From Rhynchobatus australiae (lineage: Eukaryota), in assembly GCA_034780895.1 (NCBI GenBank), contig JAUZTB010000107.1:18860689-18924688 (forward strand): 64,000 nt of DNA, read 5' to 3'. The position numbers and the translations under genes were made by a program. Below the pieces are notes generated by a model. The model ran no database searches, was not told where the DNA came from, and was given only the letters and a program-made list of their open reading frames with translations. Shown here in pieces: positions 35,849 through 48,171 of the stretch (positions are counted from its first letter, which is position 1; each line of letters starts with the position of its first letter).

Positions 35849-38524
35849 GTGAGTGGACACAGATGTCAGATGTAATTCTAAATGGTGGGGGATGGGGAAA
35901 AGATGCTGCAGATGTGACAAAACGGACATATCCTGTAGGTTTAAACCTGATAGACTACTTCCCATTCCTTCATTGTTTTCTGCAAATACACCCCCCATTC
36001 GAAGAGAGATAATTTCTTTCAACTAAATAAAATTGATACAATGGTTTTTGTTTATCTTCCTCTATAAATCTGGGTAACGATTCTTTGATTTTTTTTCATG
36101 GGAAATAAGATGGTCAGGATTTTAAATTGGCAACGAGAGCAATCGATTAATTTCTAAATGTTTTCGTAATGTTAGCGTGGGCTAAACGTGGCGGGCTATG
36201 TCCAGCGTTAGCAAAGGGAACTATGAGTGTTTAGCTTCTCTTGGGTAGGTAATCCTAGAACTGACTCGGTCCCATGGGGTCCTATGACGGCCCGAGGTTA
36301 TGCCGGAATCTCCCAGCAATACACTGGGGAACTCACTCCGGTAATCCGGATCGGGTTCCCCAATTTGGAGATTACTTACTTCCACGTTTTATTTTAATAT
36401 TTAATTATTGCTTAATATAGTAATTAATTAAAATAATTATTAGTTTACAATAATTTTAGTAGTTTTGTATGTCTCTAAATATCAGAAACGCTTAAATATT
36501 GTTACAAACTACCTCAGCCCTAAATTGTAACTCCTGTCAAAGTTTGTCGGGGTAGTCTTCGGGCGGGGTCTCGGGGGAATGTTGCGGAGCCGTGGAGAGT
36601 CGGTCCTCTGCATGCGGTCTGGGTAAGTGTGGGTGGGTCGGATCCTCGCCAAGCCGTCTGAATTATCCTCTGTTTGGCCCAGTGTCATTCAGAATTGTGT
36701 GGAACTCATTATGATAGCATTGTACGTTACCAAATACGTAATTTCTGGTCTGCCAACGTTACCACGTTCTTTGGACAAGCTGTTTTTTTAAGAAACATGG
36801 TGTAAAGCTGTAAAATGTTAATACAACAATAACATTTTGCACTTTGATAGGAGTCCCTTTATTGCTGTAATAAATACCTTAAAAAACGGGAATAACGATG
36901 TAATAACCTGACTGTTACTTTGTTTCCTTCTGTATTCTCTCTGTGTTCTGTGTGCTTTCTCAATTTTCAATTTTGTAATTTTTTTACATTAACTACCAAT
37001 ATTTATTTTAACCTACCCCTTGTTAATTTCACCTTTAAATGCTTATCATGTTAATTTAAGTTTGCCGCAATCCCCAGCTTGGACTTCCATTTGCCTGAAA
37101 CAAAGTTTTGCTTTATTGGGTGCTTTCATCTCATTCTGGTATTCCATTAGACTGATGAGATTACACAGCAGTGGTTCAACCAGCAGATGGTGTTGAAATT
37201 TGTTATTTTGTCATTACATCAATCAGAATTTCCAGTGCTTCTGTTACAGTCTCCATAATGATTTGCATCTGAAGTATAATTGCTTTAATGATATACTGTT
37301 TAGATGCGATTGATATACAATGTATTTGCACAGTAGGATGTATCCGTTCTAGTGAATAACAATATATTTATTAGAAATCAAAAATATTGTATTAAAATCA
37401 GGAAATACCTAAATATGTCACAGTATCAATTTTCCACATTTTTCAGAACCACATCTGACAGATGGTTAATAAATACGTCCAGCAATCTGAACTGTAGACA
37501 GTGAAATTGTTTACAAGCTAACATTATCACAATTGTAAAATTACCAGTTGTTGCTACATCTGTACTTTTTTTCAGTACTAGTATCCATCAAAAGTTAAAT
37601 TTTTATGGTTGAATTTCATTTATTCATGGGTGTTGATGCATTTTATTTGTTTTTATATTGGCTTCGAAATTCAAGCAAAATTTGATATTGTGATTTTAAA
37701 ATCTGCAGATGCGGGAAGGGAGGTATTTTTGTTCACTATCATTATTTTAAGATGGTATATGTCAAAGTGATTCCTTTGTAATCTTGCAGTTTTTGTTGAA
37801 CTGGAATAAAACAGAATTTAAAAGAGAATACATATGTATTATGCCACATCCTGTGACAAATTAGCAACACATGCTGCACTTCCTAAATTCTTCAGCAATT
37901 CTTTAAAGATTTAATGATGCTTATTTTGTAGTTGTGTCTACTGTGTGACTTTGAAGTCTTCTCCGGGAGGTAGGGGTGGAACATTTTAATAACTGCTTGT
38001 AGACTGGTACCAGACCCAGCTTGTCTGCTTGACAGCTTTCTTTTGATGTCAACTTTCAGTTATTCCCAAAGTTGATAATCTTGTGAAGAATAGTGAAAGC
38101 AATGTTACAAATCTAAAAGGAACCAGACTAATCTAAATATGGTGGCTATTTAACTGGCATAAAATAATTATAAGGTTTGTCTGAGCTGGCATATATACAC
38201 TCAATGGATACAATTCAAACTCCCTGGCAGGAATCCAGTAAAGTAAGCAGTGTGCTCATCAGAGGTGGCAGATTGCATACTCAGTTGTTTTAAACTGAGG
38301 TGGGTATCATTAGCACACTGCTTGCTGGTTTTGGAGGTGACGTGGCCAGGATGTTGGTGGGGAGCACTTCCTGCCACAGCACCCCACCCACCACCTCAGC
38401 TGTTAAAATTAGGGCAAAAAGGGGAGGGCTGCCAGGGTCCATGGTACAGTCTCTATGTGAGGTAAAGGGTCTGGGAAGGGAATTTCAGTGGAAGAATAAC
38501 GGAGGAAAGCCAGACCTCTGCTCT

Positions 38525-40186
38525 TCCTGTTCACTCAAGGATAAAGGAGGGAATTTACACATGGAGCCAGAGGAAAAGGGTGATGTCCTTAATGAGTACT
38601 CTGCATCAATGATGATGAGATTAGGGAGGGGTATGTTGATATTCTAGGGCATATCAATATTAAGAAGGAAGTGTTGGGAGTCTTGGAAAAACATTAAGAT
38701 GGATAAGTCCTCAAGAGCCGGTGGAATCTATCCCACAATACTGAGAGAAGCAAGGGAGGAGGTTTCTGGGGGCCTTGACAGATCCTCTTTAGCCACAAGC
38801 AAGGTGCCAGAAAGCTGGAGAATAGCCAATGTTGTTCTTCTCTTTAAGAATGGGAAAAGGGACAAACCAGGAAATTATAGGCTGGGGATCCTTGTGGTGA
38901 TTCTTGCGGACAGGATTTAGTCACATTTGGAAAAGAACGGGCTTAATCGTGGCTTTGGGGGAGAGGGAGGTCCTGTCTCTCACACATTTGAGTTTTCTGA
39001 GGAAGTGATGAGAGAAGAGCAGTGGATGTTGTCCACATGGACTTCATTTAAACATTTGACAAGGTTCCTCATGGTAGGCTAGTCCAGAGGATTAAGTCAC
39101 ATGGGATCCATGGTGAGTCGGTAAATCGGATACAAAGTTGGCTTGATCATAGCAGGCCGGAGATAGTGATGAAGTGGTGTTTTTCTGCCTGGAGGTCAGT
39201 GACCAGCAGTGTCCCATAAGGTCAGTGCTGGGACCTCTGCTGTTTGTGATAGATAAGTGATTTGGATGAAAATGTAGGTGGTCTGATTAGTAAGTGTGCG
39301 GACGACACAGAACTTAGTGGAGTTTTGGAGAATGAGGAAGATTGTCAAAAAATACAGCAGGATATGGATTAGTTGAAAATTTGGGTTGAGAAATGGCAGA
39401 TGGAGTTTAATCCGGGCACACGTGAGATTTTGAGAGGTCAAATGCAAGAGTAAGTGTACAGTAAATGGCAGAACTCTGAGGAGCATTGAAGTACAAAGGG
39501 ATCTTGGGGTACAAGACCATAGCTTCCTAAAAGGGGTAATGCAAGTGGAGAGGGATGTAAAGAAAGAATATTGCATGCTTGTGCTCATTGGCCAGGCCAT
39601 TGAATACAAAAGTTGGCAAGTTGTATTGCAGCTGTATAAAACTTTGGGTAGGCCACATTTGGAGTACTGTGTGCAGTTCTGGTCACCACAATATGGGAAA
39701 GATGTGGAGGCTTTGGAGTGGATGCAGAAGAGCTTACCAGGATGTTGCCTGGACTGAGGTGTATTAGCTACAAGGAGAGCTTGGACAAACTTGGATTGTT
39801 TTCTTTGGGGCGTCGGAGGCTGACCGGTGACCTGATAGAAGTTTACAAAAGTATAAGGCAGAGATAGGGCAAATGGTCAGAGTCTTTTCCCCAGAGTGGA
39901 AATGTCAAATACCAGAGCACAGGGGTTTAGGGTGAAAGTTTAAAGAAGATTTGCAAGGCAAGTTTTTTTTTAAACACAAGAGTATGGTAGGTGCCTAGAA
40001 TGCCCTGTCAAGGGAGGTGGTAGAAGCAGATACAATAGTAACAGTTAAGAGGCATTTAGACAGACATGTGAATGGGCAGGGAATAGAAGGATATGGATTA
40101 TGTGAGGCTGATGGAGTTAGTTTAACTTGGCATGATAGTTGATGCAGACAGTGTGGCCCAAAGGACCTGTTCCTATGCTGTATGTT
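38525..40186 (+). mobile_element. CR1 LINE, 5'-truncated
   Basis: DKSS...GIYP.ILREAREE...WRIANVV.LFK.GKRDKPGNYR; LQLYKTL.RPHLEYCVQFWSP; CR1 3' UTR. Confidence 0.92.
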
Positions 40187-40189
40187 CGG

Positions 40190-41850
40190 TGTTCAAAGAA
40201 TCTGCTTCCACTACACTTCAAGCAAGAAAGTTCCAAAAACTTACAACCCTTTGAGAGAAAAGAAATTGGATTTTCTGCTTTAAGTAGGTGACCCCTAGTT
40301 CTAGATTCTTCCACAAATGGAAACATCCCCTCCATCACCATTTTGTCAAGACCCTCAGGATCCTGTATGCTTCAGTCAAGTTTGTTTAAACCCACTCTAA
40401 ACTGCTTCCAATACATTAATATCCAACTTTAAATAAGGAGACCAATACCCAGTACTTCACATGTAGTGCCCTATATAAGTAAATCACAACTACCCTATTG
40501 TTGTATTCATTTGCCCGAGTAAAAAAATAACATTCTTTTAGCTTTTCTAAAACCTAGCTCTACCTGAGTAAGAGCTTTGCAATCTTGTTTAGATACTATG
40601 CTCTTTACTTTTATAGGCAATTTCAATTTTTTAAAACCGTATACACCACTTGCTCATCACTTACCCATCTATATCCCTTTATAACTTCCAAATATATTCT
40701 TTACAATGTACTCTCCGATCTTTGCATCATCAACAAATTTAGAAGCTTCAGTCCCTTCATCCAAGTCATTTATAAATTGTAAAAATGAGGTTCTACTTCC
40801 AATCCCTGCAGCACATCGCTCGTTACAACTTCCCAACCAGTAAAAACCCCAGTTATACCTTCTCCCTGTTTCCTGGTGGCCATCCAATCTCTCCATACCA
40901 AAATGTTACCTCCTACACCATGAACTTTTATTTTCTGCAATAACCTTTGTTGTGGTGCCTTATCAAATGCTTTCTGGAAATCAAAGAACTGTGCATCCAC
41001 TGATTACCCTTTATTCACAGTCCATTTTACTTCTTTAAAAAAAACTCTAATAAATAGTTCAAACATAACTTACCCTTTCACCAACCATATTGACTTTGCA
41101 TGATAACCCTGAATTTATTTCTAAGTGCTCTGCTTTAACATAATTTAATAGTAGCTTCTAGTATTTATCCAGTAATGTTAGGCTAACTGGTTTGTAGTTT
41201 TCTATTTCCTGTCTCCCTCCCTTTTTGAATAAAGAAGTTACATTTGTTATTTTCCAACCTAATGGAACTTTACCCAAATCTAGGGAATTTTGGAAAATTA
41301 AAATTAACAATTCAACTATCTCACTGGTCACTTCTATAAAGATGTGAGGTTGAAATCCAACAGTACCCAGGGACATGTCAGCCTACAGCTCTAACAGTAT
41401 GCTCAGTACCACTTCCCCAGTGATTTCAATTTTCTCAGGTTCCTCTTTCCCGTCCAGTTCCTGATTTACAGCTATTATTTACTGTGATGTAACTTGTATA
41501 CTGCGTAGTGAATCTGTTTAATTTATCTGCATCTCCTTGCTTGCTATTAATTTCCCAGACTCTCTTTCTATAGGACTGGTACTCACTCTGTTATCTCTTT
41601 ATATAGCATCAATGGAAATTTTTATGATCTCTTATGTTTCTGGCCAACTTTATTTTGTACTCTAATTTGAATAAATAAAAGCTATTATACTGTAATTTTC
41701 CTTCATTAATCTTTTAGCCATTCTTAGTTTTTTACATCAGTCTAATCTTCTGACCTGCTGTTTTTCTTTACCCAATTAAATGGTTTTTCTTTAAGTTTGA
41801 TACTATTTTTAACTTCCTTAGTTAACCATGAATAGTGCTCTCCCCCAACC
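40190..41850 (-). mobile_element. CR1 LINE fragment, tail-to-tail with the previous copy
   Basis: Minus-strand ORFs: FQNSLDLGKVP.GWKITNVTSLFKKGGRQ...NYKPVSLT; DFQKAFDKAP..RLL.KIK.HGVGG; INDLDEG...SKFVDD. Confidence 0.88.
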
Positions 41851-43385
41851 CTCCCNNNNNNNNNNNNNNNNNNNNNNNNNNNNNNNNTTGCCCTTGCGTC
41901 TTGATTGACCAATCCCTTACATCTCCTGTTCTCTCAGCATCCTTTACAAATGCTTCCTGCTTTTAAAAAAAATGGTTCATAAAAGAGCAGGTTGCTCATA
42001 AAGCTCAGTACCAAGCATATATGCACTTTAGAAGCTTAAATATTCCTATCCCTGCCATTGCAAAGCACCCAATAACTGCCAATTTGCTCCAGGAGCTTTG
42101 AATAATTATGTAAAGGAAAATTCCACAAAATCTACAGGTGTCTTTTTATAGCTAAATCATTTAATTCTGCAGATGAAACAGAGTTCATTCAGAGCCATGA
42201 GTTGCTATGGGTGAAAAGTCATTGATTGTAATACACAATATATTTGGGCAGATGTTGGATGCACCACTTATGGCCAATGATGCATCAAAACTAATGACGG
42301 CTGATTTAAACAATCTTTTTGAAAACACACAGATACTAATGTGCGTATTTAACTATCAAGAATATTGCATGGTCTAACAAGTAACTTCATGTATGTTAGA
42401 CTTACAACAACAAACTTTACTTCTGGGATAGTGCCTTGGGTATATGTAGCTTCTTGTACTTGTGCTCTTCCAGAAATATAGTAACTTCAATGCGGAAAGT
42501 TCATTCTTTGGAGTTTTAATTATAAATCAATTGTGGCAACTCATAGAATTTCAGAAGGCCTAGTTGATTTGACTGTAATTGGGTGAGTAGTTGGTTAATT
42601 ATTATTGTCTCCAAATCCAGAAGCAAACTGCATGTTGTGCTAAATGGCAATTTCAATTTTCATCTTTCACCCGCCTTAGGAAACCCAGCTCCTGACCTGT
42701 TCTTGTAGCCATATTATTTGTGTGGCTGGTCCTTTAGGTGTGTAATGTTAGTGATGTAAGGGATACAGCAACAACTTTTGGATAATTGGCAAGAAGAAAA
42801 ATAGAACCCGTTTTTCCTCTGTGTTATAAGTGAATATGGAGAGCTATCTGTACCAGCTGGAATTTAGTAACTGACTATGGAAGAGTTACTGCTAATACCA
42901 GTTGCCAACAGGAAAATTATAGTGTGAAAGCTGCTAAACTACTTGAGCACAAAATTAATTTACGAAGAAAAATCAAAAGTAAATTAGGCTTTTTAAAATG
43001 GCAGCCAAGTACAAAAAAAAGCAAGGTATTTGGACTATTGGAAGCTTAGATCAGTTGGGATAGAGATTATGCCCCTTTTGAGATAAATACAGAAATACAT
43101 GAACCAGTGTGCTATGCAAAAAGAGATGGCCAATGTCACTAGTTTTGGATTGCTCTAGCAAAGAGCCAGCCTTGATATGATGGGCTGAAGAGCCTCCTTT
43201 TATGTTGTGAGTTTCTATGGGTTTCTTCAAAATTAAAGTAGTTCTCAATATTCAACAGTTCTGTTGAAAAGTGCAAAGTTCCAGGTGCTAATGTCACTTT
43301 GTTTAAATTTTTGCTGTACTTAAGAACTTGTCTTTTAATTATCCTTGAGTATTTTTGCTAATGATTCTCTCCATTCCACCTCCAG

Positions 43386-43570
43386 GAGAAAAATCAGTCA
43401 CAAATAAATTGGAAAAATTAATCCCTGGAATACTGGATGTTCTTTTCACTGTATCAGTGGATAAATCACTAATGTCGAAAGAAATCGAGAAAGAATTGAA
43501 TCCAATGGTTATTCGTATTATTTCAGCCAGCTCAATGCCGTCAACACCTGTGCCAATACATGTACTGCAG
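43386..43570 (+). CDS. cfap92: cfap92 coding exon
   Basis: ccattccacctccag acceptor, phase 1; GEKSVTNKLEK...DKSLMSKEIEKELNPMVIRIISASSMPSTPVPIHVLQ; CAG|gtagag donor, phase 0. Confidence 0.92.
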
Positions 43571-44029
43571 GTAGAGATAATTGTGAAAATATATTTTTAG
43601 AAGAAGCTATGAAATTAAACTTTTCTTGAAAGACAATTTCTAATGGGAAGCATTAAAAATGCTATGAACGTTTAATATTTAGTCAGGAATTGGATTGTTC
43701 CAACTGTACAAAACATAGTGGATTGTATTTTCCTGCAAGAATCCATCCATTTTCAGACCATATTAATAGAATGACAGTAGGGAAAGGAAGCACGAGGTTG
43801 ATTCCCCACTTCAAGAACATGCCGGAGAGTAATGGATCCAGCCCAAACAACATTTTCATTGCCCATGATAAACTTAATTTTAGGTCTTTAACACGATCTC
43901 TCCCTTTGGCACTTGTTTGAAACTGAACCAGTCTGATCCAACTCTGTTGTTGTAATGAACCTGGGATGAGCTTCACGCCATAATCTGTGCTATCATGAAG
44001 GCTGCTTATTTCCACCTCTGTAACTTTAA

Positions 44030-44560
44030 TCAGCTCTGCCCCTGCTCTAACTAGCTCAGCTGTTGCTGCAACATCTGACTTGACTATTGCATAATTTCTT
44101 GGCTGGCATCCCCTGTTCTATTTTCTATAAATTTGAGCTCATCCAATACTTTGCTTTTGTGCATCAAAGTCCATTGCCGTTTTCCCACAGACATTACCTT
44201 AGATTTAGTGATACCCAGATTTAAAAATTCTCTCCCTCAGTTTCAAACCTTCCGTAGCTTCACTGCCTCCTAATCCTGTAACTTTCTCTAGCCCGATAAC
44301 TGCATGTAATATGTTCTTCCAATTCTATATTCTTGATCATCCATGAACTTAATTGTTTCTCCATGGATGGCTGTGCTTTCAATTGCCAAGACATTGAGCT
44401 CTGAAATTCTCCCCCTCCACCATCAAGACATTCTTTAAAACCCATGTCCTTGCTTACATTTTTTTTCATCTGCCTTAGTATTTCTATTTAAATTTTCTGT
44501 CAAAATTTGATTGGTGGTACTTTGTATTCTCTGGTACAGTTTATAACATAAGAGGCACTA
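44030..44560 (+). mobile_element. L2 LINE 3' fragment
   Basis: gacttgactattgcataatttcttggctggc...aaatttgagctcatccaa (LDYCN..LAG...KLELIQ) and an L2 tail. Confidence 0.65.
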
Positions 44561-47133
44561 AGGATTCTAGTTCTTGAGTTAGTCACTATTTAAAAATGAG
44601 GGGCAGCCTATTTAATATGGAGGTTTTAGAGGGTCACAATTTTATTGATTGGCAGATCAATCTTGAGGGCCAATCTCTAGGGGCTGAGTGGCCTAATTCA
44701 TTTATTCGTATGCTATAAAAGTACAAGTTATTGGTATTGAGACAGTGTCAGCACGGAAGGAGAGCTTAATGCTACTGGATTGATGAATTCGCAACAGTTT
44801 GTTGATTTAGAGTGAGGGTAGCGCTTAGTGAATAACCACAAGACCTCTGCTCTAAAGTTAAGGGCAAGAAGACACCCAAAGTATCCTGTTGATGAACATG
44901 TAATTTTGTTTTCATTTTATTTATTGAAGTTCAACAGCTTTTAAATGTTTCCTTTCAATTATTGTAATGCTGCTTTAATTACTTCATCATTTTTGAAGAT
45001 TTGTTTTATGTTTATAATTTCCAGCTGAACCTGAAGAAACAATTGGTTATGACTTTGGGAAAGATGTTCAGGATCTGCTGAGAGAACAGGAGGAAGGAAT
45101 CTTGTCTAGATAAATAAACATAGATAGCAGTGAGTAGGAGCCTTCAACTTAGGTTGTATTTGCAGTGATCCACCTGCTTCTCCCATTCGTCAAAGTGGAG
45201 TAACCAGGAGAGGCATGAGGGAGGATGATGCCTCCCTCATGCTGGTGTTCTTTTTGCAATTGGCATTGAAAGGCACTTGTTTTGACTGTCAAAGGAGCTT
45301 TGTTGTCCTGGCTTCCATTGATAATAAGATCAGTTCTGCTCCTCATTGATGTGAGGTCTCCTTCCAGAGTTACTGTGGCTTCATCCGGGGATTATTCTGA
45401 TTTCTTTTTGTACGCATAATCCCTCGCTTTTCTACGTACATTAAGTGTACTATATCTCCCCCCCCCCCACCCCAAAAAATCTCGACCAGTTTTTTTTTAC
45501 TGTTTGAGAAAGCCACACCATTTTTCTCTTGGTGTCTGCCATTGATTTCAATCCTCGCCTTAGCCACACGGGTTTCCGAGGTTATTTACAGTGATATCCT
45601 TGGAAATTCAATATATTACTTCTTGCCCGGTGATTATGGTCTATTTACCCTTCAAGAAGTAAAGACAGTGAAGGCATTGTATGCCATCATATGGCAGAGA
45701 ATAAATGTTCCAGAAGTGCTAGCAGTGGAACAGCTTTCTAGTCTTTCACTGTTCCCCATATTCTGTGTGAAGGAACACTTGCAGGGGAAAGAGGAATTTT
45801 TTTAAAAAAAAGCAAGAGTATATATAGTACAGATTGGTAACTTGTGGAAAGATATTGACTGTATTAAGCATATTTTCAATGTTGTAAGGTTTGACTGCTT
45901 CCTGTTATTTTTGCTGTTTTGAAAATGTCAGTAGGTATCTCAGTACTGAGTAACTTGTGCTTGATGGAGGTGGCATTCGTTGTCATCTCCTTCCACTAAT
46001 CTGGATCATAGCCTTGAGGATCCTCCAATTCAAAACTGGCTCCTCTTTCATATTTAGTGTTAGCTTAACTAGGAATTGCGTCACTGGACTGGATCTATTT
46101 GCTCTAGGGCAGATGTTGCAATGTAATCGCATTCAGATGACTCAGTTTACCTGGAAGGCCATTCAAAGCTTGTAAAATGTAGTCATTTTCATGATGGATC
46201 ATTTGTTTGCACTGACCAGTAACTGAGCAAAATTGGTATTCTGTGAGCCTCCTATGGTTGTTCAGTGAATCAGGAATGTCCTTGTTGAATACTTGTCTTT
46301 AGGATTAATTTCTAAAAGCAGTTCTTGCAGTCAGTAATGATTAAAATCTGAATGCTAGTTCAGAGATTGAATGCAGATCAGACTGCCTACAGCCAGGCTT
46401 TAGCAGGAAAAAGTATTTACTTATTTTAAGCAAGTTTTTTTTTATTGTATGAATAATGTGCTGCAACTTAGAAACTAGTCACTATGTAGAATACCACATG
46501 TGACCACTGGACAAATTAAAACATTGATGATTTCAAGTATGAAACCATTCATGCTGACAGTAAATAAAAAAACATGAATGGCAGATATGGTAACTTAGAT
46601 CTTGTAGGCAATCTGCATTGAAAGGATTAATGTCTGTTTTCCAATATGCATTGAATAATTTCCATAGTCCTACTGTCCTTTAATGGAACAATAAATAGTA
46701 TAATAGTGTTTTTGTTTGAGTAAGATTTTAGCAAGGCTTTCCTTTCCAAGTGACTCCATTGAAATCTATTTGCTTTGAAACTGTCTGTTTTACTGAATTC
46801 AGCAAAGTGCCAAAGAAATGAATAATTTTAAATTTCTATGCAAAAACTTCATGCTACAAAGTCTGTACATTTTCTAATATTACTTGAATGCATCTGGCTT
46901 TAGCTGCAATCAATCTGTTCTGATGTCATGTACTATTTTGACTACTTCCCTAAGTGCATAATATACATTAACAAAAAAGTAAATATAATTGGAACAAACA
47001 AGGCCGACAATGTGATTAAAAACGCAAGATAATCTAAAACCCTGATTTTAAAAAGCAAATTGCATCTTTAAACAACAATGGTTGCCTGAATATTACTGCC
47101 CTCTACCCAGCTCCCCATTGCTGGAACTTGGAA

Positions 47134-47564
47134 GACCACTCAGCATGGAGATTTGGAGCTCCTGGCTTCATCCTTGCCAGCACGACGAGTGTGGGCCACT
47201 ACTGAGCACCTGCTCCTTGTGTTGACAGACTACTCAGATCCTATGGTCTCACAGCTGTTTTCTCTTTATTTGGCTGCNNNNCTCTCCCCAGTCCAGGGAT
47301 TTCTCCGTGACTACAATTTCAATAGCCAGCGGCCACCATTGAGCTCGTTACCCTAGTGAAGTCTCTGACTGAGGAGAGCTGTGCAGCCAGAGAGGGGGAG
47401 CCAGCAGCTTCCATCGGGTCCAACAGGAGGTGATAAGAGAGACTGTCGGGCCTGGGTAGTCCGTCAACAGGTGTAGCAGGTATGGCCAGTCCCCAGCTGT
47501 GGCTCGCACACACTGTGCTGGCCAGGGTGTAACACGGAGTCTCACATGTCAGTGCTGAGCGGCC
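47134..47564. repeat. ~430-bp imperfect palindrome (foldback)
   Basis: Three collinear arm blocks align in inverted orientation around ~47330; for example 47208-47250 vs 47439-47481 gives 32 of 43 Watson-Crick pairs. Confidence 0.85.
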
Positions 47565-47791
47565 ACAATGCTTGCCCCTACCTACACAACACCACTCCCT
47601 TCAGGTGGTATCTCCACAAAAAGTCCTGCATGATATTATGCTGTGAGAATGGCAGCAGAGGATGGTGGTTTGCACCAGGTCCCTGGCACCGAGATTCTCG
47701 GGTCTCGAGTTCCTGGAACACCAGGGTACAGGCCATGTGTGTTTTTCTTTTGTACAGGTGGATATGCATCTGTGAGTGAGACTGAGAACAC

Positions 47792-48171
47792 TACAGGGGA
47801 CGACTGGGGTTCTGTTCCTGCTTGTAACACTGAAATGTACAGAAATGGGTGTGATGGGAGAGTGAGCAGGCGTGGGAAGAGGGTGTCAGCTGGCCCCACT
47901 GATTCAAGTGAGTGAGAGCATGAATGAGTCTGCTCAGTGATCCCAGCTCTGCTCCGCTTGACCCGGCCCTGATTGTTGCAGCCCTGATTGTTGTGCGTGG
48001 GTGGGAAGAGAAGGCACATGGAAATACCCTATTCACACCCGGCAGAAAATGCCTGCAGCCCCACAGCAGCCGGCAAATCCATCCCCATCCGTCCCACTCG
48101 TCTCCCAAATACTCGATCGTATTTATGGGCTGTCTATAAGTTGGGTGTTTGTAATATGGGGAGGACCTGTA
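47792..48171. mobile_element. Tc1/mariner (Tigger/pogo-like) MITE
   Basis: TA-CAGG...CCTG-TA ends. The right end (gtaatatggggaggacctg-ta) resembles Tigger-type TIRs; the left end is similar to the start of the element at 48998. Confidence 0.55.
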
